DNA from: the human T2T-CHM13v2.0 reference genome, Homo sapiens
Length of the DNA stretch: 64,000 bases
Direction: 5' to 3'
Assembly (NCBI GenBank): GCA_009914755.4
Contig: CP068257.2
Span: 29,440,001-29,504,000, forward strand
Positions 41,005-54,404 of this stretch are shown piece after piece (positions within the stretch are counted from its first letter, which is position 1; the number at the start of each line of letters is the position of its first letter). Made by a program: the position numbers and the translations under genes. Under the pieces are notes generated by a model that searched no databases, had not been told where the DNA came from, and saw only the letters and a program-made list of their open reading frames with translations.

Positions 41005-41134
41005 TCTTAGTAAAAGGTATCAAGATTTGTTTCAAGTGAATGACACTCCGTCCCTACCTTGACTTTCTGTCCATTCCCCAAACTAAACAACTCTATTCCT
41101 GGAGCAATTACCACTTTCCCATCTCCTGGAGTTT
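41005..41134. repeat. Copy b of the ~130-bp local direct repeat
   Basis: cttagtaaaaggtatcaagatttgtttcaagtgaatgacactccgtccctaccttgactttctgtccattccccaaactaaacaactctattcctggagcaattaccactttcccatctcctggagttta. Confidence 0.9.
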
Positions 41135-41460
41135 AGGAGTGAATTGTAAGATTATGGTCACTTGAGACCTAGTCCTGTGACATCACTGGTCCAACTATTG
41201 AGTCTATTCAAACCTTAAAAAAAAAAAAGTCAATAAATCCTTATTCCTCAAAATGGCCATGTCTGTCATATAAAACTGATTTCATCAATATCATAAAAAA
41301 CTCAACCTTCATTTAAATCTGGAGGCAAGACATCAGACAGCATGTATGAGGTAAGGGAATATTTAAAATCTCTGAAACTTTGAAGGGGAGTTCATGGATG
41401 CTCAACTCCTGTCACCAGAAACACCCAATACCCTAAAGACTAACAGTAAAACTGAGTGTG

Positions 41461-41774
<314 letters not shown>

Positions 41775-42817
41775 TCACCAAGCATATCCGGCCCAAATAA
41801 TCGAAATACAAACTCAGGTGGAAAAGCCATTTCTGTGACAAAGTGGACACACTAGACAGGAAGTAGGATCTTGACATCTCACCAGAAGCCAAACAGGAAT
41901 ACAGCATCTTAGAATTTAGAAATGGCAATCAAGATCTTTAAAATGTATATAAATGTTCCCAAAGCTACCTCTTCAGTATTCCCTCAGGAAGCAACTGGAC
42001 CAGTGCACAGAAATATCCAATATGGGTGTTCATCATGTTTTCTTAATAACAAAATAAAACCCCTGGAATCCTTCATGCCCATCAGCAGGGAATTGGTTAT
42101 GTAAATTACGGTGAACTATGACTATTATGATGGATGTGGCCATGACTTACAGTGACGCAGACCTTTTTAGAATGTCAAGAAAATGTCTACAACTTGTATC
42201 ATTAAGAGTAAAAATCAGGTTAACAAAACTGTATGTTAATAAAATATAAACTCACTTTTAAGTGTGTGTGTGCACACATGCACACCCCATGCATATATTC
42301 AACAAACCAATCAAGGACAATCAAATGTTACCATCTTGATTGAAAGTGAGGGGCCTATAATTAACCAACCATTAATGTCTAAAATACAAGGTAATGGCAC
42401 CACGCGGAACACCCAAGCACAGAGTACAGCAGAACAGAACACAGGACATCCTGTAACCAAATCATTCTTGGGAACAGCCCAGGAAGCCCCAGGTGGTGTT
42501 CAAGACAAGAAACTAAGTATCGAAGTTAAAAACGATGAAGCTGGTGCCCAGAAAGCTGAAAGTAATCCCACTAGGGCCTCTTGGGCTAAAAAAATCTAAC
42601 TTCGGCTTGACCTGGGTATGAAGTATGTTGAAGAACATGGAAAAAAAAATTCTGAAGGATTATGTGATTCCTGAATTTTTAAAAAAATATTAGGGACCCT
42701 GGATTTGGGTTTTTTAAAAAAGCGTCACACCTCCCCAACCTGAGGGTAGTTGACTGTACAGAAAGTGCAAGGTGTGCACACATAGTCTAAATCCCTTGTC
42801 ATTTTTAATCCCAAGGG

Positions 42818-43060
42818 ACTGCCTGTAATCACAGCACTTTGCGAGGCCAAGGCGGGTGGCTCACCTGAGGTCAGATGTTCGAGACCAGGCTGGCCAACGT
42901 GGTGAAACCCTGTCTCTACCAAAATATACAAAAATTAGCTGGGCAAGTGATCCTAGCTACTTGGGATGCTGAGGCACGGACAACTGCTTGAACCTGGGAG
43001 GCGGAGGTTGCAGTGAGCCGAGATCACACCACTGCACTCCAACCTGGGTGACAGAGTGAG
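42818..43060 (+). mobile_element. Alu (diverged, internally deleted)
   Basis: gggactgcctgtaatcacagcactttgcgaggccaaggcgggtggctcacctgaggtcagatgttcgagaccaggctggccaacgtggtgaaaccctgtctctaccaaaatatacaaaaattagctgggcaagtgatcctagctacttgggatgctgaggcacgg...ccactgcactccaacctgggtgacagagtgag. Confidence 0.85.
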
Positions 43061-43120
43061 AAGAAAGAGAGAGAGAGAGATAGACAGACAGAGAGAGAGA
43101 GAGAGAGAGAAATAAATCCC
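43060..43120. repeat. (GA)n/(GACA)n microsatellite at the Alu tail
   Basis: aagaaagagagagagagagatagacagacagagagagagagagagagaaataaa. Confidence 0.9.
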
Positions 43121-43623
43121 AAGTGACAACAGCAGAGGATCTACTGCACACAAGTTAGAAGCCGTCAGCCCAGTTCGACAGCAGTGACATGAAGATGTGC
43201 GTGACTCACATCTCACTCAGGAACACAGTCGAGGTGGTGGACTCAGTGACAGCAGAAATTGACTTACTGAAACAGTAGAATGTATGGGCTAAAGGTTGCT
43301 TCAAGATGTAGAAAGAATAGACCAGAATAAACTCCATTGTCGACGAATGAGGTTTTCTATGCAATGCATTCTATTGGTACATGGTGGAGGCGGAGAGGCA
43401 TATGACAGGCAGAAGAATGGAAACAAGGTGATCCCAGGAACACGACCTGGGAGGGTTTCTACCCCTGCACTGTTCAGCAGGAGACAGTATCTTGCCAACA
43501 GCATCCATACTCCATGTGTTTACAGAAGCCTTACACATTCATGATTTGTGTTCTGAATACTCCTTTTTCCTTCTACCAACAATGACTTCCTTTAGAGAAG
43601 CCTAGGGGGATTGTGACACTGCC

Positions 43624-43920
43624 TTTTTTTTTTTTGAGATGGAGTTTTACTCTGTTGCCCAGGCTGGAGTGCAGTGCGGCACGGCAATCTCAGTTCACTG
43701 CAGCCCCACCTCCCGGGTTCAAGTGATTCTTCTGCCTCAGCCTCCCAAGTTGCTGGGATTACAGATGTGTGCCACCACGCCTGGCTAATTTTTGTATTTT
43801 TAGTAAAGGTGGGATTTCACCACATTGGCCAGGCTGATCTCGAACTCCTGACCTCAAGTGATCCACCCGCCTCGGCCCCCCAAAGTGCTGGGATTACAGG
43901 TGCGAGCCACAGCACCGGCC
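43624..43920 (-). mobile_element. Alu, minus orientation
   Basis: ttttttttttttgagatggagttttactctgttgcccaggctggagtgcagtgcggcacggcaatctcagttcactgcagccccacctcccgggttcaagtgattcttctgcctcagcctcccaagttgctgggattacag...ggattacaggtgcgagccacagcaccggcc. Confidence 0.92.
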
Positions 43921-44220
43921 ATGACACTGCAATTTTGATCTCACACATTCTCTACGTAAGTGGCTGAATATTTTGAGTATTTCTTTCTCTCCTTGTATTT
44001 TCATGACTTCCCCCCAACCTGCTCAACACCTCCCTTCTAAGGCAACTGTCACAGGGATTCCCTATCCCAGAATAGGTTTGCATCAAAAAGCAGAACTGCC
44101 TATAAAACTTGGGTATCAACAAAAAATTTGCAAAAAGACACAAGGTAAGGGCTCCCCACTGCAACCCAGCTTCACTGTCCTCATCCCCATAACCACACAC
44201 ACACAGAAAAGGCAATAGCC

Positions 44221-44858
<638 letters not shown>

Positions 44859-45286
44859 CTAGTGGGGAAAGGCATGATTGTTCCTCTATAGTTGACTTTG
44901 AGCACTCATTTCCTCTGCACACACAGGCTCAGCTATTGGTGAGGAAAGCAGCCCAAACTGCTAAATCTCATTTACACCAGAGTACAAACTGCTGGAATAA
45001 CTTCATGGAGCAGGTGTTAAAGCTGGCTTCAGTCATCCCCCAAGTCGGATGCACTGGCTACAGAGAGACATCTTGTGTCTTAAAGATGTACATATTGCTG
45101 CTGTAATGCCTGAATATATTTAAAATAAAGAGGAATGTGCTCCAAATCACTGCTCAACATCAGAATGTTTGGAGGCTACCAAACGAATGTGACTCAAACA
45201 TGAACATGGATGAGTCATCAGAGGATCCTGTTAAGATGGAAGTTCTGGTTTAGTGCCTCTGGGTGGGGCCCAAGTTTCTGCATTTT

Positions 45287-45525
45287 TCTTTTCTGAGACA
45301 GGGTCTCTGTTTCCCAGGCGGGAGTGCAACAGTATGATCACAGTTCACTGCAAGCCTCAAATTCCTGAGCTCACCTCCCACCTCAGCCTCCTGAGTAGCT
45401 GGGACTAAAGGTGTGAACCACCACGACTAGCTAAGTATTTTATTTTTCGTAGAGATGGGGGTCTCACTATGTTGCCCAGGCTGGTCTCGAACTTCTAGCC
45501 TCAAGTGCTCCTCCTGCCTCCCAGT
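45287..45525 (-). mobile_element. Alu (old, AluJ-like, minus orientation) inserted into a hAT-MITE-like fragment
   Basis: ttttcttttctgagacagggtctctgtttcccaggcgggagtgcaacagtatgatcacagttcactgcaagcctcaaattcctgagctcacctcccacctcagcctcctgagtagctgggactaaaggtgtgaaccaccacgactagctaag...gggtctcactatgttgcccaggctggtctcgaacttctagcctcaagtgctcctcctgcctcccag. Confidence 0.85.
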
Positions 45526-46154
45526 TTTCTGCACTTCCAACAAGCTCCCAGTGACACCGACGCTGCTGGTGTCAGGACCTCCACTGTGAGGAGCAAGTAG
45601 CTACACCACAGGGCTCCCCATGCGCCAGGGAGAGGCTCTTCTAGTGACAGGAGACAATCTTTTCACTGAGGGCAGGGATGGATGGGGTAACATTGATGGG
45701 TAAGGTTTGTAAGGGACTCGAGAGGCTCAGATCTGGGGACTCTGACAGGAAGAGAAAGGCAGCCCAAGACTGTATTTACCTTGTTTGGTGATTCTGTGAA
45801 AGACTCAGGCAGCAGGCCCCCGGTGATAAAATGTGGAGTGATTCAAGAGCTCAGTCAGGCCAGTCAGAGCTCTGCACTTCACCCCAATATTTTCACAGGA
45901 ACCCCCCCAGCCTGCTCCCATCGGGATAGGCAGGAGACTGGAAAAGAAACAGTGCCCAGTAGGGGCAACGTTAGGTCAAGATGCCATGCAACTGTAATGC
46001 ACCTTTTGTTGTTGTTAAAACTTCAAGCGCTACAACAGCGTTCTCCTGATGATCACGAGTTATTTCAATAAATGGCATTCCCAGGAATCTTCTCCCACGG
46101 CCGCTCTCCCGCCAACAATTCATACTCATCCTCCCATCCAAAAAGGCATAGAAC

Positions 46155-48112
46155 CGCCCAGACACTTTTCGTTATTTTTATTGTTTGACAAGCATTTACA
46201 ACGTTCCATTCATAGACCTAAAAACATAAAAATAGACCTTCTTTCAGCTTATAAAAGAAATATATAAGAACTTTTGACATAGACACGTCATGACCTTATG
46301 TACAAGAGACAATGGCACCCTCTCCAAGCACCAGACTTCCGAGTGTTTTCAGATGGATGTGTTGCACTGGAGCCAGTAAATGCGACGATTAGAAGCCTCT
46401 GCTTCCGTTTTCCATCTGGACGCGATCGAACCGGAGATGATATGGAAAAATGCAGTGATACAAAGGGTATAGAAACCATTCTAAAGCTTTTTCAGAAAAC
46501 CAGAAGATATAGCAAAAATTTAATAGAATAAAACTTTCAAAAGATCAAGCTCGAAGCCCTGGAAACCCGAAAGGCGGGGGGAATACAGGGTGGGAACGCA
46601 GGAAAAGCAGGCAGAGGCACAAGAGCATGATGTACTGAACTCTCTATTGTCTGGAAATATAAAGTCATAACTGATTTTTATAAAATATAACTCCTAAAGC
46701 TACTATAAAATTCAGGTCTTTAAAGTACCTACTGATGTGTCAAACACCAAATAGATATTTTCCCCAAAAAGAAAGTTTTCATAGTATTTTAAACCCTTCT
46801 TAGGAAGTGGACATTGTGACATGGGAAAAGAAAAAGCTATAAACCTTTTTTTAAAAAAAAAAAAAAAATTGAAAGTGCTATAACTTGTTTTTCTTCTTAG
46901 TATTTGGATATCTGTTTAGACTGTTAATGTTTTGAGCATGTTTACCCTGTTTCGTTGGCATGAAGAAAGTGTTAAACACAAGAGAAGTTTTTAAAGAGGT
47001 TGTTCTGTTTAAAGGTTTGGTTATGGACTGTCAGGGAAGGGGAAGGTAATCTATGGATGAAGATGCAATTTTGATGGAAAAACCAATGATCACCATGGCA
47101 ACCCCATGAGAAGGAGGCTCCCCTCCCTGCCATGTGCAACAGACACACACACCGCCCACCGGGGTGTCATGTTTAATCCAACCAAACTCCCATCTCAAAT
47201 ATAGATTCAAACATTAAAAAAAAAAAATCCGCTTTTTGGAAGAAAAGTATATCCTTCGCATGAGCTTGCTGGCCTTTCATATATAAATATAAAACCACCA
47301 CGCCTCACTCTCTCTGTAAAAGGTTATATCCTCATTTTTTAGGCTCAGGGATACATACACTAACACTGTAAAATTCTCATCTATTTGTGCCCCTGTATCT
47401 CAGGTAAAATACAAAAAATAGTGTTTCTTTTCTTTCTCTCAAGCGATAAATTTGGATCTCTTTTCAAAGAGTTTGGCATCTCTATAATTCTATGCAAAAC
47501 TAGAGCTTCCGAACATGGACACAGAGTAAGACCAGCCATAGACCAAAACAGGAAGGAAAAAAAAAAAGAGGCTCATTGAAACATGAATCGCCACCCTCTC
47601 CTCACACATTCTTAAAATACACGGAGATTCTCAGACATGGAAGAGGGAAGGGTACAGTCAGAACACGGCAAGCTGTACACATTTCATTTTGTGTGTGAAA
47701 GAGGTTTCCCCAGCTAGGAGACTGATTTCAGATAGAAGGATCGTGTGTGTGCTACTATCCCTTAAATTAATCTGTTGTACATCCGTTAACTCCTGGGGTG
47801 ATTTGCTTTCCAGTGCTATAGAATCTTTTTTCTTTTAATTGTTCAGGCCCTGATTTATTGAGAATAAATAAAAGCCCTTAGTAATATACAGAAGATAGGA
47901 CTCAAGCTTATTTGGGATTCTGATCAATTCTTTCTGATGTTGTTGAAAATGACAAAGTTGGGTGGCTACATGGCTTCAGAACCAAGTCAGCTGCCAAAAC
48001 CGTGTGTGCAAGAGCGCGACCTAAGGGGACATTCTTGTCGACGGTACAGGAGGGTGGGCAGAGTTAGGGCAGGAAGTATCTACACACATTCTCTACGGGG
48101 CAGGTGACGCAG
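46155..48112 (-). other. Probable 3' UTR of the minus-strand gene (repeat-free, about 2 kb) with two candidate poly(A) signals
   Basis: Contiguous with the stop codon at 48113-48115. This is the longest repeat-free stretch in the window. Minus-strand AATAAA equals plus-strand TTTATT at 47853-47858 (implying a ~280-nt UTR) and at 46177-46182 (implying a ~1.95-kb UTR). A CpG-retaining sub-block lies at 46300-46480 (..cttccgagtg..gcgacgattagaagcctctgcttccgttttccatctggacgcgatcgaaccggagatg..). Confidence 0.4.
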
Positions 48113-48598
48113 TCAGATCTCAGTGTTCAGTTTCCTGGAGGGGGCAAAGTCTTCACGCCTAACCCAAATGACTTCCTCGCTTGCGCTCTCCAGGCCTCCA
48201 TTGATCCCCGACAGGGCAGCTTGCTTCTTGAGCTGTGCCATGCGGGACGCGTGACTATCCAGGGTTTTCCGGCCTCTTTCCCGCTGACTGATGGAGGTGG
48301 CCTGAAGCCGCTCCTGCAGGTCTCTGTCCACTGAGGCACCCTTCACGGACTCACAGAACTCATCATCGTCACTGAGGATGTCTGTCTCCTTGATGTCATC
48401 TTGCTCCTCATACTGAGCAAGATCAAACTGCTCCTCTACCCATCGGTCAGTGTCCCCACCACCGGGGGGCTGCTGGGACTCTCTCTCCGGGCTGCTTGCG
48501 GAGACGGCATCAGAATCAATGGTAAACCTGTTTCGAGCCAGCCGCCGCCTCCTCCTCCCAAGAGACTTGCTTGGGGCAGACACTGCACACACACACAA
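48113..48598 (-). CDS. Candidate 3'-terminal coding exon of an unidentified minus-strand protein-coding gene. It encodes a ~160-aa C-terminal tail: (V)SAPSKSLGRRRRRLARNRFTIDSDAVSASSPERESQQPPGGGDTDRWVEEQFDLAQYEEQDDIKETDILSDDDEFCESVKGASVDRDLQERLQATSISQRERGRKTLDSHASRMAQLKKQAALSGINGGLESASEEVIWVRREDFAPSRKLNTEI*
   Basis: A 161-codon open frame, the only long ORF in the window that is not repeat-derived. It begins directly after a polypyrimidine tract plus AG (minus strand ..ttttatatttttgtgtgtgtgtgcag|TGTCTGCCCCAAGC..; the AG is at plus 48599-48600) and is in phase 1. Stop TGA at 48113-48115. It is GC- and CpG-richer than its flanks. It contains an acidic Ser/Asp/Glu cluster and a basic R5 stretch. 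The ORF-track start codon is a bacterial-table artefact (TTG inside the intron). Confidence 0.6.
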   Translation of the reverse strand: MCVCAVSAPSKSLGRRRRRLARNRFTIDSDAVSASSPERESQQPPGGGDTDRWVEEQFDLAQYEEQDDIKETDILSDDDEFCESVKGASVDRDLQERLQATSISQRERGRKTLDSHASRMAQLKKQAALSGINGGLESASEEVIWVRREDFAPSRKLNTEI

Positions 48599-51500
48599 AA
48601 ATATAAAAATAAAACCCCCACATGCTTTACGTGAGATGAAAATCCAGAAAGCAAAGGACAGGAGAAAATAAAAACCAAAACGGTATGCATTGAATGCCTT
48701 GATGTCTTTTGGGGCTTAAAGTCTACATATCACCAATCTGTCATGGAGCATTTACCTTGTCGAGGTATCTGGACTTAGAGGATGTTCTAGCAACTGATGC
48801 AAGGGCAAGGGGGAACCGGGGCACACAGGAGAGGTTGTAGGTTATGGGCAAAGGGGCACTCAACTCCCTCTGAAATAATCTACTGTTCTAGCCTGTGCAC
48901 CTAAGAGATGGGTAACACAGACAGCAGCTGCTCTCAAGTAGACAGACCACTGATTTGGGGATCAGTTAGTGAGTTAGTGTCCTCAATCCTGGCCATGTCC
49001 CATGGCCCAGTGCTATGAAGATCCCCAGGGCTGTCCCAGGGTTGTTTAGCTGGAATAGGTCTTTAGTAAGGGTGGGGGTGCATCTATGGTTTTGCTGTCT
49101 TTGTAGAATGTGCATCAAGGAGGCAGAAGCACCAGTGTAAGTTACTTGTTTTCTGGGAACTGGAACATAACATTTCTTGGGATCTGCAGTTAGATTAAGG
49201 GCACCACGTCACTCTTAGAGAGCCTATGAAAAAGAGTGGCTCTCAAAGACATGGGATCTTCAGTTATTTCCCTGTCTTCTTTCTGACAAAGTCCCACATG
49301 AGCTAGGAAGCTAAGCAAATGTGTGCCTTAGTCTCCCCCAATTACAGTCTGTGTATCACTCATTCTTCTCCAAAGCAATTAACATATCAGTGCCTCATTG
49401 GAATGAGAAATAAAAAACCGATGACATCCAAGCAGTTTGATCAACAAAGTGCTGTATAAAGTGACTACCAGTTAAGAAAAATTCATTCTTTCACCTACTG
49501 CCCTCTAGGAAGCCAGAATTAAAAACAAGCAAACAAAAGACACCATCCGATCAAGCCAACAATCCCACCACACACATACACGAGACTGCTCACAGGGAAG
49601 GCTTCTGCTTCTCCCTCGAGAGTGAAGCGGTTGTTGCATTAGACACGAAAAGGTGAAATGCAACACGGGCTTTCCAGTGGAGGGGAAGAGTCTCAACGCC
49701 AACTGGGAGCTGCTTTCCTGAAACCTAAGCCCCAGAACCATCCAATTGCTTCAGTGCTGCTAGAAGATGCCTCGTGTCTCAATTACTGCCAAATGCAGCC
49801 TTGACTTCGAACCCAGCAGGCACAGGGTTAGAGTGGTCAACGAGGGGCTGAATTGGCTCTCATGGCAGCCATCCTCTGCTTCAGACCCCTGCGTGTCCAT
49901 CACTATTCCTGAGTGTTCCGCCATCTAAAACTGTGGAACAAATGGACACTACTGTTGGTTGAGGATGGGAATAAAAGCCATTTCCAGGCAAAATGGAAAA
50001 AGGGAATAGAAAATAGGAAAAAAAACAAACAAACTCCGACTTCTATTGAGAAGAGACAAAAATTCTTGTTCACTTTTATCTCAGCACCAGCAAAATACAG
50101 CATCCCTCTCTCCAATCACCACATTAGAACTACCCCAACTCAAAGCTACTGGAAATATTTGTTAATGATTTGCATGCTGAAGTATCTAGGAGTAAAGTGT
50201 GTTAATGTCTACATCTTTGAAATATGTCAAAAATAAGATGAGGTGATGGATGACAGATGGATTCTAACAGATGAGTGATAATGAGAATATAGAAAAACAT
50301 TATAGAATATAGATGGTAGGTATGAATTCTTTCAGCTCTTCTATAAGTTTAAACATTTTCATAAGAAAATAGATAGAACAAAGAAAAAAATTTTTAATTG
50401 GGTTATTGGCAAACGTATAGTACTTTAGGCTGAATATGGAAGCAGAGTATTTGGCTTTACTATCCTAGCCAAACAGAACAGAGGGAGAAATAAACTACCT
50501 GAGTATTCAAGACAAAGCAAAATGAAGCATGAGTATCTGTTCCTAGTATGCTTAAGAACCCGGCTACCATTATTGGGTTCTTCCCAGTCTTTCAGGGATG
50601 CAATCTTTGACTATTTCCAGTGGTCACTGTTAAGACTGACCAGCTATGCTGTGCTGATCTACTCAGGCACCATTTTAAAATCCTCTGACATGAAGATTCT
50701 GAGGATAGTGAGATGCCTCCAAACAAAGTGATACAGACTTTCTTCAGCCAAAAATGAGCCATCAGGCAGAAAGATCTTTCAATCAGCTAAATCCAACAGG
50801 CTATGACATCAAGGCTTTCTCTTGGTAATCATGACGGACGATGGTGTTAAATTGTGGGCTGGTTTTGTTTTCTTTCCAAATGGATCTCAGCAGGAAAACT
50901 TCTGAGTGACAGACTAACCATGCTTAGTTTCAAAGTAAATGCAGCTCTGAATTTAGGTTCATTGATTAACAACTGAAACAGGTTGAGTTCCCTGAGGTTG
51001 AGACACATATTCCCAAACCTTTTTAAACATTTCCCTAGCAAACAAGAGGGGCAGATAAGACAAATCCAAGATAAAAATCTCTAAAGTGAGTTATAAAGGA
51101 CCAATAAACTATTCTTCCATGGCGACCCCATGCGAAACTGCGCATATGGACGTATGAAAGACTCTTAGGATACATCAGAAAACTCAGCAAAGTGCTGGGT
51201 GTTCACTGCACTAAGTTTTCAACAAACATTTATCAATTGATTGGAGAAGAGGTTTACAGTAACTAGTCCCCTAAATTAAATTTAAGGTGCTTGAAGAATG
51301 TAATATCCCATGTCAAGCCAGGTAGGTTTTGTCTATGAAAACCTTCAAGCATTCACACTTCTGTCCATCCCTCTTCAATAGGTAGGATGGTAATGGGTAC
51401 AAAGGCCAGAAACTTTTCTGGCAAGTGCAAAGGGGGCCTTCTTTTAATGAAATCCTCCCTGCAAAATTCTGGGCTGCCTCTTAAGAAAGGTTTGATAAAA

Positions 51501-53275
51501 ATGTTAGTATCTTGATGTCATTAAGTCCCTAAGTATTAAAACAGCCTTCTTCCTAGATACATTTTGCTACCATTGACAGGTGGCAGTATTTATTTTATTT
51601 CTCTATTGCTCCACTGTAATGGATTAAGTCCTACAAGAATATTTATGCTGGGACCATTTAAACTCTAGATTCTTGTTTCCAAGAATAGCTCGAGGCTTCC
51701 CCAAATTAACATGGAGACTAAAAATAAAGTTGCAGGCACAAGGTCAGGATAAAAACTGGAAGTGCCATGTGGGCTACCAAACCTAGAATCCTTACTACTG
51801 AGAGCAGGCATTGCTGTGCTGCCAGGCCGTGAAGCCACCATGTTCTCAGAACAGAGGGCTGTGACCTTGCTGAAATGTGACACACGGCTTTCTGCTAGAC
51901 AAAGCTGGCTGTCATGCAAAGCAGCGACTCTCATTCTGCAAGCAGGCTGAGACAGCCTCTCCAGAAAGAGGATGTGTCTGCAACCCGACTTGGCAAATGA
52001 GGGAGGAGCTCACCAGCCAAAAGGAGAAGGGAGGCAAAGGGAAGGCTTGAGGGAGGACAAGAGGAATGTAGATACAGGGCGGATCCCCAGGAGCCACTGG
52101 GAAGGAGGCAAGGGCAAGGAACCTCACACCAGGGAAAAACCGTCCTCCTACATCAGCCCCCACCAGGCCACACCTCACCCCCACTCAACAAGGAGGTCAA
52201 GCTCACTGGAGTTCTACTGCGGAGTGGGGGTGACGGGAATCTTGAACGTCCGAATCCCCACAGTACCTGCCCTGCTCATGGCCGGCCTGGCCCCCTTCAG
52301 TGCACACAATCTTTTGCCTCCAAAAGGGACATATTGCTGGGATGAGGGAAGGCTCTCGGTTTTGAGGAGCTGTCTTCTGTGCTTATCACGCAGGATTGAA
52401 TGCACAGCCTTTAGGAAATCCTTTCGGCTCTCTGGGGAGCTAGGAAAAGAAGATTTACAGATGTTAGAGAATCAGGGCTTAACACATGGGGAACTTCTAA
52501 GGTTATCAGGTGCAACCAAATAAATATCCCTTAGGGCCAAAGGCTAAAGACTGAGGCCTTGACTCCAATTTCTATGCTGAGCGGTGATTTCACGCCAGTG
52601 ATAAAGAGCACATAACTCCTTTCCCTTCATGCTTTGTGATCTATCTCCTGGCGCTGATGTGGGGCAGAGTAGCCCATTAACGAACAGATCTATGGACAGT
52701 GGGAGTTTGTACCAAGAAGCTGCCAAATTCTGCTCCTGGCACTCAAGGCAGAGTTTTTCATTATAAAATGTTTTTGAGGGCAAATGAACCACAAGATTCT
52801 TGCGGCTCTGCAGAGCACCCAAAGGCCGACGTCTCAACGTCCTAATGTCCTCTAGAGCTGAGCTCCCTCCTGGTAAATATCAATGGTTCCCATGACACAT
52901 TTCAACATGTATATATTAAGGCTGTAAAGAACTATAAAATCTTCCCAAGTCCTAATTCTCATGGTTAAAAAAAAAAAAAAAAAGTGCTTCCTAGGAAGAG
53001 TTATTTTTCTTATTATATTCCCAATATTTTTACCCAGGTAAGTTTTACCTGGTATTCCCTATTAACAATAAATACGGCATCCGTGTAGGCAGGGCTACTA
53101 AACCCCATGGACCTTACCAACAAAATCACAAACAGATGAGCCAAAATAGACGGTAAAGGTGGTGCTCAAACCCCACGAGGTTATACAAACAACATTTCAC
53201 TTATAGTCCTGACAGCTTCCCGGGGATCTGCCTTTTGTTGACCTCTGTCACCCAACACAGAGAGATCTGATGTAG

Positions 53276-53644
<369 letters not shown>

Positions 53645-53704
53645 TAGGCTAAGTACCATCTCTAAGCCTTGCTTCCCCATTTGTAAACTGGAGTAAGAAT
53701 TGTA

Positions 53705-53810
53705 TTAGGTTGGTGCAAAAAATAATTGCAGTTTTTGCCATTAAAAGTAATGGCACTTTTAATTACTTTTAATGGTAAAAACTGCAGTTTCTTTTTGTAC
53801 CAACCTAATA
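53705..53810. mobile_element. MADE1-type mariner-derived palindromic MITE (about 105 bp, expanded central region)
   Basis: attaggttggtgcaaaaaataattgcagtttttgccattaaaagtaatggcacttttaattacttttaatggtaaaaactgcagtttctttttgtaccaacctaat is a near-perfect inverted repeat matching the MADE1 consensus TTAGGTTGGTGCAAAAGTAATTGCGGTTTTTGCCATTAAAAGTAATGGCAAAAACCGCAATTACTTTTGCACCAACCTAA. Confidence 0.85.
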
Positions 53811-54005
53811 CCTTGGTCTGACTAAATGAAATAATGAATGTAAGGTGTTTAGCATAGTTCATGCTTGGTAAAGGTACCTTCTTACCATACTAACATTATA
53901 AAATATTGCTAATAATCATAATATTGATTCTATTGTCTTTTGTAGGTAATCCATAGTATATTAGTACTCACTGTGTGAGGTACTGGGTAATTACTGAGTA
54001 AATCA

Positions 54006-54404
<399 letters not shown>

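Noticed and set aside
48113-48598. Assigning a gene name to the terminal-exon protein
   Set aside because: I went through many PDZ-ligand-bearing and scaffold proteins from memory and none matched the peptide. Giving a symbol would be a guess, so it is left blank.
48745-48782. A 38-nt mini-exon just upstream of the terminal exon (excellent acceptor ccccttgcccttgcatcag| and donor |gtaaat on the minus strand)
   Set aside because: None of its frames bridges the 54.8-kb exon phase to the terminal exon phase. The frame that enters correctly has an immediate TAG. It may still be a non-coding or alternative exon, but I could not support it.
51972-52523. A 183-aa plus-strand ORF as a gene
   Set aside because: The peptide is low-complexity (Gly/Arg/Glu/Pro-rich). 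It has no flanking splice signals. The same region has overlapping ORFs on both strands. It is most consistent with chance ORFs in GC-richer intronic DNA.
53049-53112. A 64-nt candidate exon (..SMGFSSPAYTDAVFIVNREYQ) with a good minus-strand donor CAG|gtaaaa
   Set aside because: The acceptor is a weak AAG with a G-interrupted pyrimidine tract. Its length leaves the wrong phase for the terminal exon, and there is no second line of evidence.
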